Assembly (NCBI GenBank): GCA_016873675.1
Contig: VGWG01000005.1
Coordinates: 5,648 to 69,647 of the forward strand
From: Lentisphaerota bacterium
GTDB lineage: Bacteria; Verrucomicrobiota; Kiritimatiellia; RFP12; JAAYNR01
Direction of reading: 5' to 3'
DNA length: 64,000 nt
Part shown: piece by piece, positions 1 through 9,753 of the stretch
How positions within the stretch are numbered: the stretch's first letter is position 1
Layout: each line of letters opens with the position of its first letter
The notes under the pieces: generated by a model
Database searches by the model: none
What the model was told of the DNA's origin: nothing
Seen by the model: only the letters and a program-made list of their open reading frames with translations
Translations under genes and position numbers: made by a program

Positions 1-504
1 CTCGCCCGTCTTCAGCGGATAGACATACGTGTAGAGGCCGCCATCGAACGCCAGGGTCTGCGAATACTCCAGCTCGATTTTCTGAAGGCCGTTGGCCGGA
101 ACCGGAAACACGCTGATGCGGAACAGGTTGCCGCCGATGTGCTCCAGCAGCCCCGGATCCTTCATGCGGCGCACGATGTCCTCATAAATCCCCCGCGCCT
201 TGCCTTTTTCCACAAGCTCGCCGCTCATCCGCTTGCCGTTGATCATCATGGCGAAGTCGGAGATGCTGGCGTTCGCGGGAAGCGGGAAGATGAAGACGGC
301 CTCCAAGTCGCGGCCGACGCTGTTGCGGAAGACCTGTTCGATCTTGGCCGTGGCGACGCCGTCCTTGATGCGGATATCGACGCGCTGGCTCTCAATGGCC
401 AGCGGCGGGATGGACGCGTCCTTGGGGATCAGCATGCCCGCAGCAAAGCTGCGCGCGGCGCCGAGCGTTCCCAAACAAGCAAGCATCAGCAGCGTGCGTT
501 TCAT
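1..504 (-). CDS. VIT-domain protein, N-terminal part (probably VIT+vWA); the gene runs off the window start
   Basis: The reverse strand from 504 translates to MKRTLLMLACLGTLGAARSFAAGMLIPKDASIPPLAIESQRVDIRIKDGVATAKIEQVFRN...GELVEKGKARGIYEDIV...VFPVPANGLQKIELEYSQTL. This is a signal peptide followed by the classic vault/inter-alpha-trypsin (VIT) fold pattern. RBS GGAGGA lies 6 nt upstream of the ATG (revcomp of 511-516). It is absent from the ORF track because it has no in-window stop. Confidence 0.7.
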   Translation of the reverse strand, partial: MKRTLLMLACLGTLGAARSFAAGMLIPKDASIPPLAIESQRVDIRIKDGVATAKIEQVFRNSVGRDLEAVFIFPLPANASISDFAMMINGKRMSGELVEKGKARGIYEDIVRRMKDPGLLEHIGGNLFRISVFPVPANGLQKIELEYSQTLAFDGGLYTYVYPLKTGE

Positions 505-681
505 GATATGTCCTCCCGTATTCTGACTCCTGACTCCTGACTTGCAAACGTCCCTGAGGGGTTTTGTAAGAGAGCCTGCAGTTGTTAAGACGTTTGTGGC
601 CGCTCTTTTGTTCCCGCGTTACACGAAATTTTTCTTAATAGGCTTGACGTGCAGGCACCGTATGCCTATCATGCATGCATC

Positions 682-939
682 ATGAAAACAAAGTCCCTTC
701 AGTACACGATTCGCAATGTTCCGGATCGCACCGACCGGCGTCTTCGAGAAGCTGCGGTTGAGTACGGCACCAGCCTCAACAGCGTCACTCTGCAGGCCCT
801 CAACCAGGGCCTGGGCCTGTCTGACAAGTCCGTTATGCACCACGATCTGGATGATTTGATCGGGAGTTGGGTGCCGGACAGCGAATGCGACAAGGCGCTT
901 GAAGAAATGGACCGTACCGATCCGGAGTTGTGGAAATGA
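682..939 (+). CDS. vapB: Ribbon-helix-helix antitoxin (VapB/FitA-like)
   Basis: An 85-aa protein MKTKSLQYTIRNVPDRTDRRLREAAVEYGTSLNSVTLQAL, an RHH N-terminus. Its stop overlaps the start of the downstream PIN gene (ATGA). The ORF-track start at 649 is less likely. Confidence 0.6.
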   Translation: MKTKSLQYTIRNVPDRTDRRLREAAVEYGTSLNSVTLQALNQGLGLSDKSVMHHDLDDLIGSWVPDSECDKALEEMDRTDPELWK

Positions 940-1325
940 AAATCGCCATAGACACCAACCGCTACCGGGACTTCTGTGAAGGAAAGGACGATGCCGTCGA
1001 ACAGTTGAGAGCCGCGTCCCGGATTTACCTTCCGTTCACGGTACTGGCTGAACTGCGGGCCGGATTCGAGTGTGGGACCCTGGCGCGCCGCAACGAAAGT
1101 GCCCTGTCTCGCTTCCTCAATAGTCATCGCGTTTCCATTCTCTTTCCCGACGAACAGACCACATTCCACTATGCCCGGATCTTTCACCAACTTCGGGTCC
1201 AGGGCACACCCATCCCCACCAATGACATCTGGATTGCGGCACTCGTCCAACAGCACAATCTCATCCTCTACTCTCGTGATCGACATTTTGACGTCCTGCA
1301 CCAGCTTGGGAGAGTGCCGTCGTGA
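930..1325 (+). CDS. vapC: PIN-domain toxin VapC
   Basis: MEMKIAIDTNRYRDFCEG...TNDIWIAALVQQHNLILYSRDRHF. The PIN-domain acidic residues (D8, E42, D-like positions) fit, and it is paired with the upstream antitoxin. Confidence 0.75.
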   Translation: MEMKIAIDTNRYRDFCEGKDDAVEQLRAASRIYLPFTVLAELRAGFECGTLARRNESALSRFLNSHRVSILFPDEQTTFHYARIFHQLRVQGTPIPTNDIWIAALVQQHNLILYSRDRHFDVLHQLGRVPS

Positions 1326-1360
1326 TCCTGACGAGCCTCCCTTAGAAACGGGCGCGGGGT

Positions 1361-2485
1361 TCAACGGAGGTCTATCTCCCGATAGTCCCCCGCCGCAAAA
1401 ACGGCCGCATGCACCAGGCCGCCCTTCCACGTCAGCACCTGCCCGTCCATCCGGCCCCGGATGGCGAACGATTCGCCGGCACCGGGCGTGTGCTGCCGCG
1501 ACAGCCCGGTCCGGGAGAGCTCATCCAGAAAGCGCTTGACCGTAGCGGCGTGGTTATCATACACCATTTCCCGGTCTTTGCGCCAATGCTCTTCCTGCGG
1601 ATAGTCGGCCACGTGGGAGCGCATGATCTTATCCCACAGCGCCGCACACAGATCCGCGTCTCCGAACAGATCGGCGCTCACGACGCGGCCCGAGGCGACG
1701 GTGACCAGCCCGACCGTGCGGCGGGTGCGGATGTGGCGGAACCGTTCCACCCGATCGGTAATGCGTCGACCCACATCGGGGTCGTTGTAGAGCGACTGGT
1801 AGCTGCGGGTCGGGGCGGACACGCCGGCCGCCTTGATCTGCTGGTCGATCTCGGTCCAGATCGCCGATTGAGAATTCTCGCGAACGGCCAGTCTGCGGAG
1901 GGTCTGTCCGGCCATCTCAGGCGCGCGATCAAAAGAATCCCGGGTCCCCTTCCACCGATCTTGCTCGCCGCAGTAGACCGGCACCGCGATCGCGCCCAGG
2001 CCGGGCGTCAGCAGGACGTCTTTTTGAAGGATGCGGTCCTGACGGCCGCCGCCGAGAATCTCTCCAGCCATCATGAAGACGGTCTGCCGGGATTCATTGC
2101 GAACGATCACCGCCGAGACGCGGGACTCCTCATACTCGCGAATGGTGATCCAGTTCTGGCTCAACGCCTCGTCCAGTGAACGGATCGCGGGCGGGCCCAT
2201 CGGATCGCCGATCTCCAGCGGGAACACGGTCAGCCGGCCGTAGGCTGCGGGACGACCGATCTCGACCTGACGCAGCATCCGGCGCAACGGGTTGTCGGTG
2301 TCGGGCGGCGGCAACGGCGGCCGCGGCATCGGCCTGTGTATGGGCGGCGCAATCTCGACATCCCGCGTCACTGGACTGCCGCTGTCATCTTCCAGATAGG
2401 CGCCGCAGACCGGAATCGACGACACCCGCATCCACACGGTCAGAAGCAGGGTGACTGTTGCGATCCAATGGATTTTCATGGGCAA
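1361..2485 (-). CDS. Secreted hypothetical protein (ARPP-1/DUF6569-like pattern)
   Basis: N-terminal signal peptide, a Pro-rich linker, then GRLTVFPLEIGDP...IREYEES...VIVRNESRQTVFMMAGEILGGGRQDRIL. I recall this pattern from ARPP-1-family secreted proteins. The family call rests on memory only. Confidence 0.35.
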   Translation of the reverse strand: MPMKIHWIATVTLLLTVWMRVSSIPVCGAYLEDDSGSPVTRDVEIAPPIHRPMPRPPLPPPDTDNPLRRMLRQVEIGRPAAYGRLTVFPLEIGDPMGPPAIRSLDEALSQNWITIREYEESRVSAVIVRNESRQTVFMMAGEILGGGRQDRILQKDVLLTPGLGAIAVPVYCGEQDRWKGTRDSFDRAPEMAGQTLRRLAVRENSQSAIWTEIDQQIKAAGVSAPTRSYQSLYNDPDVGRRITDRVERFRHIRTRRTVGLVTVASGRVVSADLFGDADLCAALWDKIMRSHVADYPQEEHWRKDREMVYDNHAATVKRFLDELSRTGLSRQHTPGAGESFAIRGRMDGQVLTWKGGLVHAAVFAAGDYREIDLR

Positions 2486-2626
2486 CCCTCCTAAGGCTTA
2501 CACCCCTTTAGACGTGGGCACGCCCGAAAAAGTTCCCATTCTGAAGCATGCACGGGGCCAACCGACGTCGAAGGCTTTTGCAGGCGCCTCACGCATTCCT
2601 AAAAAGCGCAGGCGCGAACTCGCTCG

Positions 2627-3568
2627 TCAGGCGGCTCCGGGTTCTCCCACTGACTGTGATCGAAGCGGCTGGGCGGGCAGCGGCCTGAGCACCCAGCGCT
2701 TGTTGTACCAGAACCATTGATCGGGGTTTTGGCGGATGGCAGCCTCGACATGCTCCATCACCGTCCGGGTCATGCGGAGGAGGTCGGCATCCCGATCAGC
2801 GGTTGGATCGGCCAAAACGGGGGAATAGGCAACCATGCGATGGCGAAACCAGCCGACACGGCTGAGGATCACGGGCAGCACGGGGACATGCGCGGTGCGC
2901 GCAAATTGGGCCATGCCGCGGCCCAGATTGGCCTGCGCGCCGAGAAACGGAACCAGAAGATCGGGCGTCGGCATCCGCACGTCGGGAAGGATGGCAAACA
3001 CCCCCCGGTGTTGCAGCCGGCGCAGGATGACGCGCAGGACCGATGACCCGCGCTCCAGCACGTCCATGCTGTAGCCACGAATGTGGTTGAGCCAACGGTT
3101 GACATGCGGATTCTTCTGTTTACCCGCGATCGAAAAGATATCAAATCCCGCCTGTTTGCCGGCGACCCCGGCCAAATCCCAGTTGCCCATGTGCGGGACG
3201 GCGATGACGAGTCCGCCGTGCGCCTCGATCAGCGCCTGCATGCGGATCAGGACCTCGTCCAGCCCCTCCACGTGGCGGCGCAGCCAGACGGGCGAGATCC
3301 GGGTCACCCGCATCATTTCCGCCGCATTGAAGAACAGGTTGCGCCACGAGCGCCAGGCGATCCACTCAGCCTGTCGGGGGGTCACCGCGCCGCCGAACAC
3401 GCTGACAATGCGCCGCACCGCCTCGGCCCGGCGGAAGCGGACGACATGGAATCCCACCCCGGCCACACCCCAAGCCAGCGCCAATGCGGCACCGTGAGGC
3501 AGCGCCCGGCATACGCCAGCGGTCGCGCGCAGGGCGAAATATTCGATCAGGTACCGGATGCGTCGCAT
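2627..3568 (-). CDS. Lipid A late acyltransferase / lysophospholipid acyltransferase (LpxL/HtrB family)
   Basis: MRRIRYLIEYFALRATAGV...RFRRAEAVRRI...HMGNWDL...ILPDVR...WFWYNKRW. HtrB/MsbB family motifs (the HxxxxD-like HMGNWD, C-terminal WYxKRW). The ORF-track start at 3772 is an upstream extension; I prefer the Met at 3568. Confidence 0.6.
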   Translation of the reverse strand: MRRIRYLIEYFALRATAGVCRALPHGAALALAWGVAGVGFHVVRFRRAEAVRRIVSVFGGAVTPRQAEWIAWRSWRNLFFNAAEMMRVTRISPVWLRRHVEGLDEVLIRMQALIEAHGGLVIAVPHMGNWDLAGVAGKQAGFDIFSIAGKQKNPHVNRWLNHIRGYSMDVLERGSSVLRVILRRLQHRGVFAILPDVRMPTPDLLVPFLGAQANLGRGMAQFARTAHVPVLPVILSRVGWFRHRMVAYSPVLADPTADRDADLLRMTRTVMEHVEAAIRQNPDQWFWYNKRWVLRPLPAQPLRSQSVGEPGAA

Positions 3569-3608
3569 GGAGGCAGACTCGATTGGAATTGGGCGAAAGC
3601 CTGCACAC

Positions 3609-3899
3609 CTATTTCTCAGCGTCGTAGACGAAGACAATCTCGTTGGGCCGGATAAGGCGGCCCTGCCGGGCCACCTGCTCGACAAACGAGGGATCCGTCT
3701 GCAACCGCTGTTGGCGCACACGGATACGCTTGATCTCCTGCTGCTTGGCATCGATGAGGCGCTGCATCTCATCGCAGCGCGCTTCGCGGTTTTTCAGCTC
3801 ATGATACTTCGGCAGAAAAAACAAGACCGCGCCGATCAGGCCCAGCACAACCGCCGTGACACAGGTTGTTTTGCACAAAATCCGCAAGAAATCGGCCAT
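3609..3899 (-). CDS. ftsB: Septum formation initiator (FtsB/DivIC-like)
   Basis: MADFLRILCKTTCVTAVVLGLIGAVLFFLPKYHELKNREARCDEMQRLIDAKQQEIKRIRVRQQRLQTDPSFVEQVARQG. One TM helix plus a coiled coil, the FtsB architecture. Confidence 0.5.
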   Translation of the reverse strand: MADFLRILCKTTCVTAVVLGLIGAVLFFLPKYHELKNREARCDEMQRLIDAKQQEIKRIRVRQQRLQTDPSFVEQVARQGRLIRPNEIVFVYDAEK

Positions 3900-3981
3900 A
3901 CGCGAGTCCCCCGGAAAAGGGATGAATAAATAGAACCGGCGCAATTAAAACACCCTTCGTACAAACGGTCAATAGAATTTA

Positions 3982-4971
3982 TTAAGCGATCGGTAACGGC
4001 GGGCGGGCGCTCACCCCCGCCGGCCGGTCCGCTACCGCCAGAAGCGCGCGTGGCAGATTGAAATGAATGTTTTCGGAAACGGTCTCAATGTGCTCGGTGC
4101 GGTCAAAACCTTCTGCAGCGAGGTGTTCGAGAACCTGTGTCATGAAGGATGCGGGCGTCGATGCGCCTGCCGTGACGCCGACTTCCATCCGGTTGGCGAT
4201 CCCGGCGGCGGCGATATCCTCGATGCGGCTGACCAGCACGGCCTCCGCGCCAGCATCGCGGGCGACTTCGGCCAGACGCCGGGTGTTGGAACTGTTTTGC
4301 GCGCCCAGGACGAGGATCATGCCGACCCGCCGGGCAAGCGCCTTGACCGCCTGCTGCCGGTTGGTCGTTGCGTAACAGATATCGTCTGTGGCCGGTGCGC
4401 GGAGGCTGGGGAAACGGCGACGCAGAACCGCGAGCATCCGTCCGGCCTCCTCCGCGCTCAGCGTGGTCTGCGTCACCACAGCCACGCGCGCGGGATCCGT
4501 CGGCGCGAACGCCTCCGCCTCTGCAACAGTCTCGACGACCGTCACCCGGTCGGGCGCCTCGCCCGCGACGCCAATCACCTCGTCGTGGGTGCGATGCCCG
4601 ACGATGACGATGGAATACCCCTCGCGCGCAAAACGAAGGACCTCGACATGGACCTTCAGGACGAACGGACAGGTGGCGTCGATCACCTCCAGACGCCGGG
4701 CGACCGCGGCAGCGCGCACGGCGGGCGGCACGCCGTGGGCGCTGAAGAGCACCGCGCGCCCCTCGGGAACCTCGTCAATGGTGGTGACGAAGGAAACGCC
4801 CCGGCGCTCGAACGATTCGACGACTTGGCGGTTGTGAACGATCTCGTTCAACGCATACAAGGGGAGGGGCCGCAGGCGCAACGCCGCCTCGGCAATCTCG
4901 ACGGCATGCCGCACGCCCGCGCAAAAACCGCAGGGACTGACCAGGACAACGGTTTTGTGTGGTGTGGCCAT
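3982..4971 (-). CDS. ispH: 4-hydroxy-3-methylbut-2-enyl diphosphate reductase
   Basis: VSPCGFCAGVRHAVEI, HNRQVV, TCPFVLKVH, VTQTTLS and SSNTRRL are all canonical IspH/LytB motifs, including the three [4Fe-4S] cysteines. Confidence 0.9.
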   Translation of the reverse strand: MATPHKTVVLVSPCGFCAGVRHAVEIAEAALRLRPLPLYALNEIVHNRQVVESFERRGVSFVTTIDEVPEGRAVLFSAHGVPPAVRAAAVARRLEVIDATCPFVLKVHVEVLRFAREGYSIVIVGHRTHDEVIGVAGEAPDRVTVVETVAEAEAFAPTDPARVAVVTQTTLSAEEAGRMLAVLRRRFPSLRAPATDDICYATTNRQQAVKALARRVGMILVLGAQNSSNTRRLAEVARDAGAEAVLVSRIEDIAAAGIANRMEVGVTAGASTPASFMTQVLEHLAAEGFDRTEHIETVSENIHFNLPRALLAVADRPAGVSARPPLPIA

Positions 4972-5109
4972 TGTTCAACCGCCACGAGAGTAGCGCAGGT
5001 TGTACGCGCCGGTCAAGGAAGAGAAAGTTCTCTCACCTTTGCGCTTGAAATCGCGGCGGTATCGTCGTACGCTGAACCCCGAACCCTGAACTCTTTTTTT
5101 GGGACTCCC

Positions 5110-6396
5110 ATGTCACGTTTTACCATCCGGGGCGGACGCCGCATCACGGGCGCCCACGCCGTTTCCGGCAATAAAAATGCCGCGTTGCCGATGCTGGCCG
5201 CCGCCCTGCTCACGGATGAGCCGGTCACGCTCACCAATCTGCCCCTCATTCAGGATGTCCGCACCATGCTGGACCTCCTCGACGCCATGGGCGTTGCGGT
5301 CTCCCTCGACGAGGCCGCCCGCACGGTCACCCTGCATGCGCGGCGGATCCGTTCGACCACGCTCGACCGCGCACTGTGCGGCCGGGTCCGCTCCTCGATT
5401 CTCTTCGCGGGCCCGCTGCTCGCCCGCTGCGGCGCGGCGCGGATCTATCCGCCCGGCGGCGACGTGATCGGCCGCCGCCGTGTGGACACCCATCTCGACG
5501 GACTGCGCCAGCTCGGCGCCAGCGCCCGCGCCAACGGCTGCTATGCCTTCAAGGCTGCCAAGGGCCTCGCCGGCGCGCGCATCCTCCTCGATGAGTCCAG
5601 CGTCACCGCGACCGAAAACATCCTGATGGCCGCCGTCCGGGCACGGGGCCGAACCACGCTTTACAACGCCGCCTGCGAGCCGCACGTTCAGGACCTCTGC
5701 GCCCTGCTCAACACCATGGGCGCCGCCATCAGCGGCGCTGGCACCAACCTCCTCGTCATTGACGGCGTCGACCGCCTGCACGGCGTCACCCACGCCATCG
5801 GTTCCGACACCATCGAGGCTGGCAGCTACATCGCCGCCGCCCTCGCCACCGGCGGCGAGCTGACTCTCACCGGCATCTCAGCCTCCGACTTCGAGGTCCT
5901 CGAACGCCCCTTCCATCGCTTTGGCGCCCGCTGGACGATCACCGGCACGACGCTCCAGCTCCCCGGCGACCAGAAGCTCCGCACCACCTACGACCTCGGC
6001 GACGCCATCCCCAAAATCGAGGACGGCCCGTGGCCGGCCTTCCCCTCGGACCTGATGAGCGTCCTGATCGTCCTCGCCACCCAGACGCGGGGAACGACCC
6101 TGTTTTATGAGAAGATGTTTGAAAGCCGCATGTATTTCGTGGATCATCTCATCGGCATGGGCGCGCGCATCGTGCAGTGCGACCCCCACCGCGTCGTCGT
6201 GACCGGCCCGACGCGCCTGCAAGGGACGCGCGTCGTCTCCCCCGACATCCGCGCGGGGATGGCGCTCCTGATTGCGGCCCTCTGCGCCCGCAAGGAAACC
6301 GTGATCCTCAACGCTGAAAGCGTGGATCGCGGCTATGAACGGATCGACGCCACCCTGCGCAGCCTCGGTGCCGCCATTGAGCGCACGTCCGACTGA
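5110..6396 (+). CDS. murA: UDP-N-acetylglucosamine 1-carboxyvinyltransferase
   Basis: MSRFTIRGGRRITGAHAVSGNKNAALPMLAAALL...YFVDHLIGMGARI. MurA is full length (428 aa). The 777-aa ORF-track entry is an artefactual N-terminal extension that is antisense to ispH. Confidence 0.9.
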   Translation: MSRFTIRGGRRITGAHAVSGNKNAALPMLAAALLTDEPVTLTNLPLIQDVRTMLDLLDAMGVAVSLDEAARTVTLHARRIRSTTLDRALCGRVRSSILFAGPLLARCGAARIYPPGGDVIGRRRVDTHLDGLRQLGASARANGCYAFKAAKGLAGARILLDESSVTATENILMAAVRARGRTTLYNAACEPHVQDLCALLNTMGAAISGAGTNLLVIDGVDRLHGVTHAIGSDTIEAGSYIAAALATGGELTLTGISASDFEVLERPFHRFGARWTITGTTLQLPGDQKLRTTYDLGDAIPKIEDGPWPAFPSDLMSVLIVLATQTRGTTLFYEKMFESRMYFVDHLIGMGARIVQCDPHRVVVTGPTRLQGTRVVSPDIRAGMALLIAALCARKETVILNAESVDRGYERIDATLRSLGAAIERTSD

Positions 6397-6405
6397 TCGC
6401 TTTCC

Positions 6406-7353
6406 ATGAACAAACCCATTCTCATCATCGGCGACGGCAAGGCCGGGCACGTCAATCAGTCCAAGGCGTTTTGTGACAGCCTCGGCCAGCCGTTCGTGAT
6501 TGCCGACGTCGTCTACCGCGCCAGGTGCTGCAAGGCACTGGCCTATCTGGCTGATCGCTGTCGGCTGAGGCTCGCGTGCCTCTATCGATTCACGGCCCCC
6601 CTTCCTGCGGGCCCCTTCGCGGCCGTGGTCTGCACTGGGTCGACGGCCTTCTATCCCGGCAAAGTCACCGCTCGCCGTCTCGGGATTCCGGTCGCCGCGA
6701 TCCTGAACCCCAGAGGCTGGCGACCCGATTTCGACGTGATTCTCGCGCCCGCCTTCGACAATCCCCGCCCGCGCCCCAACCTCATCACCCTGCCGGTCAA
6801 CCTCACCTCGGTCAACCCGGCGTTCTATGCCGCCGGCGTCGCCGCATTTCGCGAACGACACACGTGGGAAAAGCCCGCCGTCGGCGTCATCATCGGCGGA
6901 CCCAACGACGTGGCCGAAATGACCGCTCGGGGCATGAAGATTCACCTGGATCGCGTATTCGCCGCTACCGAAGGGTGTGAGCGATGGGTCACCACCTCGC
7001 GCCGCACGCCGCCCGAGGTTGAGGCGTTGGTCGATTCCTATCCCTTTGACTACAAGCTCCTGTTCTCACACAATAACTTCAACCCGATCCCCGCCTTCGT
7101 CTCCCTCTGCCACACCCTGTTCGTGACGGCCGACTCGACCGGCATGATCAGCGAGGCGGTCACCCGCGGCAGCGCATCGGTCGAAATCCTCATGACTCTG
7201 CGCGATCCCGCCTCCAAGTTCGCCCGGTTTGTGCGAAACATCGAGACGGCGGGCGCCGCCCATGTCTTCGACGGCGCCTGCGCCGCCGCCCGCACGAAAA
7301 TTGACCTCTCCCCCGCCCTCCGCGCCGCCGCCGCCCGACTGGGGATCGGCTAG
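6406..7353 (+). CDS. ELM1/DUF1022-family protein (putative glycosyltransferase-like)
   Basis: A 315-aa protein MNKPILIIGDGKAGHVNQSKAF...PNLITLP...GVIIGGPN. The pattern matches bacterial ELM1/GtrOC1-type proteins as I recall them. Confidence 0.45.
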   Translation: MNKPILIIGDGKAGHVNQSKAFCDSLGQPFVIADVVYRARCCKALAYLADRCRLRLACLYRFTAPLPAGPFAAVVCTGSTAFYPGKVTARRLGIPVAAILNPRGWRPDFDVILAPAFDNPRPRPNLITLPVNLTSVNPAFYAAGVAAFRERHTWEKPAVGVIIGGPNDVAEMTARGMKIHLDRVFAATEGCERWVTTSRRTPPEVEALVDSYPFDYKLLFSHNNFNPIPAFVSLCHTLFVTADSTGMISEAVTRGSASVEILMTLRDPASKFARFVRNIETAGAAHVFDGACAAARTKIDLSPALRAAAARLGIG

Positions 7354-7596
7354 ACAATCAAGACCGACGGACGCCGCTCGACGCGCGAGATCGTGCGCCA
7401 CCGGGGCGCGGCGGTCGTCCTCGGTGAACGGCCGGACGGGCGCTACGTCTGGGTGCGCCAATACCGCCGCGCCGTCAGCGAGACGCTGCTGGAGGCGGTG
7501 GCCGGCTGTCTGGAGCCGGGCGAGGCGCCCGAGGCCTGCGCGCGCCGCGAGATGGAGGAGGAGAGCGGCTATACCGTGCAGGCTAAAGGGATCTAA
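7354..7596 (+). pseudogene. NUDIX hydrolase gene remnant, truncated at the C-terminus (~80 codons)
   Basis: The full NUDIX box GCLEPGEAPEACARREMEEESGY (GX5EX7REUXEEXGU) is preceded by VVLGERPDGRYVWVRQYR. The ORF stops 7 codons after the box (a normal NUDIX enzyme continues ~60 aa further), and an in-frame stop sits immediately upstream at 7351-7353. Confidence 0.55.
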
Positions 7597-7657
7597 AAAA
7601 TAGTGCGTTTGCCCTTGGCGCTTGAACCGCCAGCCCTGGCAATGTTATAGTGACCGC

Positions 7658-9715
7658 ATGAGCACCACACGAAGAATCGTTGTCACCTCCGCGCTGCCGT
7701 ATGCCAATGGCGACATCCACATCGGCCATCTGGTGGAGTATGTGCAGACCGATTTCTGGGTCCGCTTTCAAAACATGCGCGGCCATGCGTGTGTCTATGT
7801 CTGCGCCGACGACACCCACGGCACGCCGATCATGGTCCGCGCCCGCAACGAGGGGATCACCCCCGAGGCGCTGATCGCCCGCAGCCACGAGCAGCATGTC
7901 CGCGACTTCACCGATTTCGAGGTGGCCTTTAACCACTACGGCTCGACCAACTGCGAAGAGAATCGCGCCTTCAGCACCCGCATCTTTTCCCGGATGGAGT
8001 CGGGCGGCCACGTCTCCTCCCGCCTCGTCCCCCAACTCTACTGCGAGCACGACGGCATGTTCCTTCCCGACCGCTTCGTCAAGGGCGGCTGCCCCGCCTG
8101 CGGCGCGCCCGGTCAGTACGGCGATTCGTGCGACACCTGCGGCGCGACCTATGCCGCCGAAGAGCTGAAGGAACCGGCCTGTACCGTCTGTGGCCGCCCC
8201 CCCGTGACGCGCGACAGCGAACACCTCTTCTTCGAACTCGACCACTTCCGCGATTACCTCCAGACCTGGATTCCGGCCCATACCGCCAAGGACGTGGCGA
8301 ACAAGCTGCTGGAATGGTTCGGCGAGTCGCTGCGCGGGTGGGACATTTCGCGCGACACGCCCTATTTCGGCTTTGAGATCCCCGGCCACCCCGGCAAGTT
8401 CTTTTATGTCTGGGTCGATGCGCCGATCGGCTACATGGCCTCGCTGGAGAATTGGTGCAAGCAGAACAACGCGCAGTTCGAGGACTGGTGGAACAACCCC
8501 GATGTCGAACTCGTCCACTTCATCGGCAAGGATATCGTCCGATTCCACTGCCTCTTTTGGCCCGCTATGCTGGCCTGCAGCGGGTTCAAGGGCCCCAATC
8601 AGGTCTTCGTCCACGGATTTCTGACCGTCAATGGCGAGAAGATGAGCAAATCCAAGGGGACGTTCATCAGCGCGCGAACCTTTCTGGACCATCTGGAGGC
8701 GCAAACCCTCCGCTTCTACTATGCCTGCAAGCTCAACGGCACGACCGACGATGTTGATCTCAACTTCGACGATTTCATCAACCGCGTCAACTCCGATCTG
8801 GTCGGCAAGATCACCAACCTCGCCTCGCGCGGCGCGCAGATGCTCCATAAGCATCTCGACGGCAAGGCTGGCGTGTGTGACGCCGCAGGCGCCGAGGTGC
8901 TCGCTCACGCGCAAGGCCGCGCCGACGCCATCGCCGACGCCTATGAAAAGCGCGACTTCGCGCGCGTGATGGTCGAGGTGCGCGACCTCGCCGACCGCGC
9001 CAACCAATACTTTGACGCCCAGGCGCCCTGGGCGCTGATCAAACGCGACCCCGAGGCCACCCGCCGCGTGCTCACCGCCACACTCAACCTCTTCCGCACC
9101 CTCGCGATCTACCTCAAGCCGGTCCTGCCTGGCTACGCTGCCAAGGTCGAGACACTCTTCGGCGAGCCACCCTATCGCTGGGCCGACGCCCAAACGCGCG
9201 TCGAGAACCGGGCGATCGCGCCGTATGCCTACCTCGCCACGCGGGTCGAACGCGAACCCATTGATCGCATGATCGAGGCCAGCCGGAGCCGCGCGCAACC
9301 CCCCGCTCCACACACCCACACACCCACGCACCCACACACTCACACACCCACTCCCACACCCCCGGCAAAGCCGCTCGCCGCGCCAGCGATCATTCCGTTT
9401 GAGACTTTTGCGCAAACCGATTTGCGGGTCGCGCGGGTGCTCTCGGCCGAAACGGTTGAGGGCTCCGACAAGCTCCTGCGCTTGATGCTCGATCTGGGCG
9501 ATGGCAAACCGCGCCAAGTCTTTTCGGGTATCCGCAAGGCTTATGCGCCTGAAACGCTGGTCGGCCGCAGCGTCGTGGCGGTCGCCAACCTCGCGCCCCG
9601 CAAGATGCGCTTCGGCGTGTCCGAGGGGATGGTTCTCGCCGCGTCCAATCCCGATGGCACGCTCTTCCTCGTCACTCCCGACCCCGGGGCCGCTCCCGGC
9701 GCATCCGTGGCCTGA
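7658..9715 (+). CDS. metG: Methionine--tRNA ligase with C-terminal EMAP/Trbp111-type tRNA-binding domain
   Basis: HIGH motif ([12 protein letters not shown]), KMSKS (EKMSKSKG), the zinc knuckle CPACGA...CDTCG, and a C-terminal [15 protein letters not shown]...MVLA domain. An unusual His/Thr/Pro linker [22 protein letters not shown] separates the two. Confidence 0.92.
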   Translation: MSTTRRIVVTSALPYANGDIHIGHLVEYVQTDFWVRFQNMRGHACVYVCADDTHGTPIMVRARNEGITPEALIARSHEQHVRDFTDFEVAFNHYGSTNCEENRAFSTRIFSRMESGGHVSSRLVPQLYCEHDGMFLPDRFVKGGCPACGAPGQYGDSCDTCGATYAAEELKEPACTVCGRPPVTRDSEHLFFELDHFRDYLQTWIPAHTAKDVANKLLEWFGESLRGWDISRDTPYFGFEIPGHPGKFFYVWVDAPIGYMASLENWCKQNNAQFEDWWNNPDVELVHFIGKDIVRFHCLFWPAMLACSGFKGPNQVFVHGFLTVNGEKMSKSKGTFISARTFLDHLEAQTLRFYYACKLNGTTDDVDLNFDDFINRVNSDLVGKITNLASRGAQMLHKHLDGKAGVCDAAGAEVLAHAQGRADAIADAYEKRDFARVMVEVRDLADRANQYFDAQAPWALIKRDPEATRRVLTATLNLFRTLAIYLKPVLPGYAAKVETLFGEPPYRWADAQTRVENRAIAPYAYLATRVEREPIDRMIEASRSRAQPPAPHTHTPTHPHTHTPTPTPPAKPLAAPAIIPFETFAQTDLRVARVLSAETVEGSDKLLRLMLDLGDGKPRQVFSGIRKAYAPETLVGRSVVAVANLAPRKMRFGVSEGMVLAASNPDGTLFLVTPDPGAAPGASVA

Positions 9716-9753
9716 ACAGCCTATTTCTCACTGACCGCCGACACTCGCATACC

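Noticed and set aside
4063-6396. A 777-aa ORF suggesting a much longer MurA
   Set aside because: Its N-terminal 350 codons are antisense to ispH (3982-4971) and have no MurA similarity. The canonical MurA N-terminus MSRFTIRGG starts at 5110.
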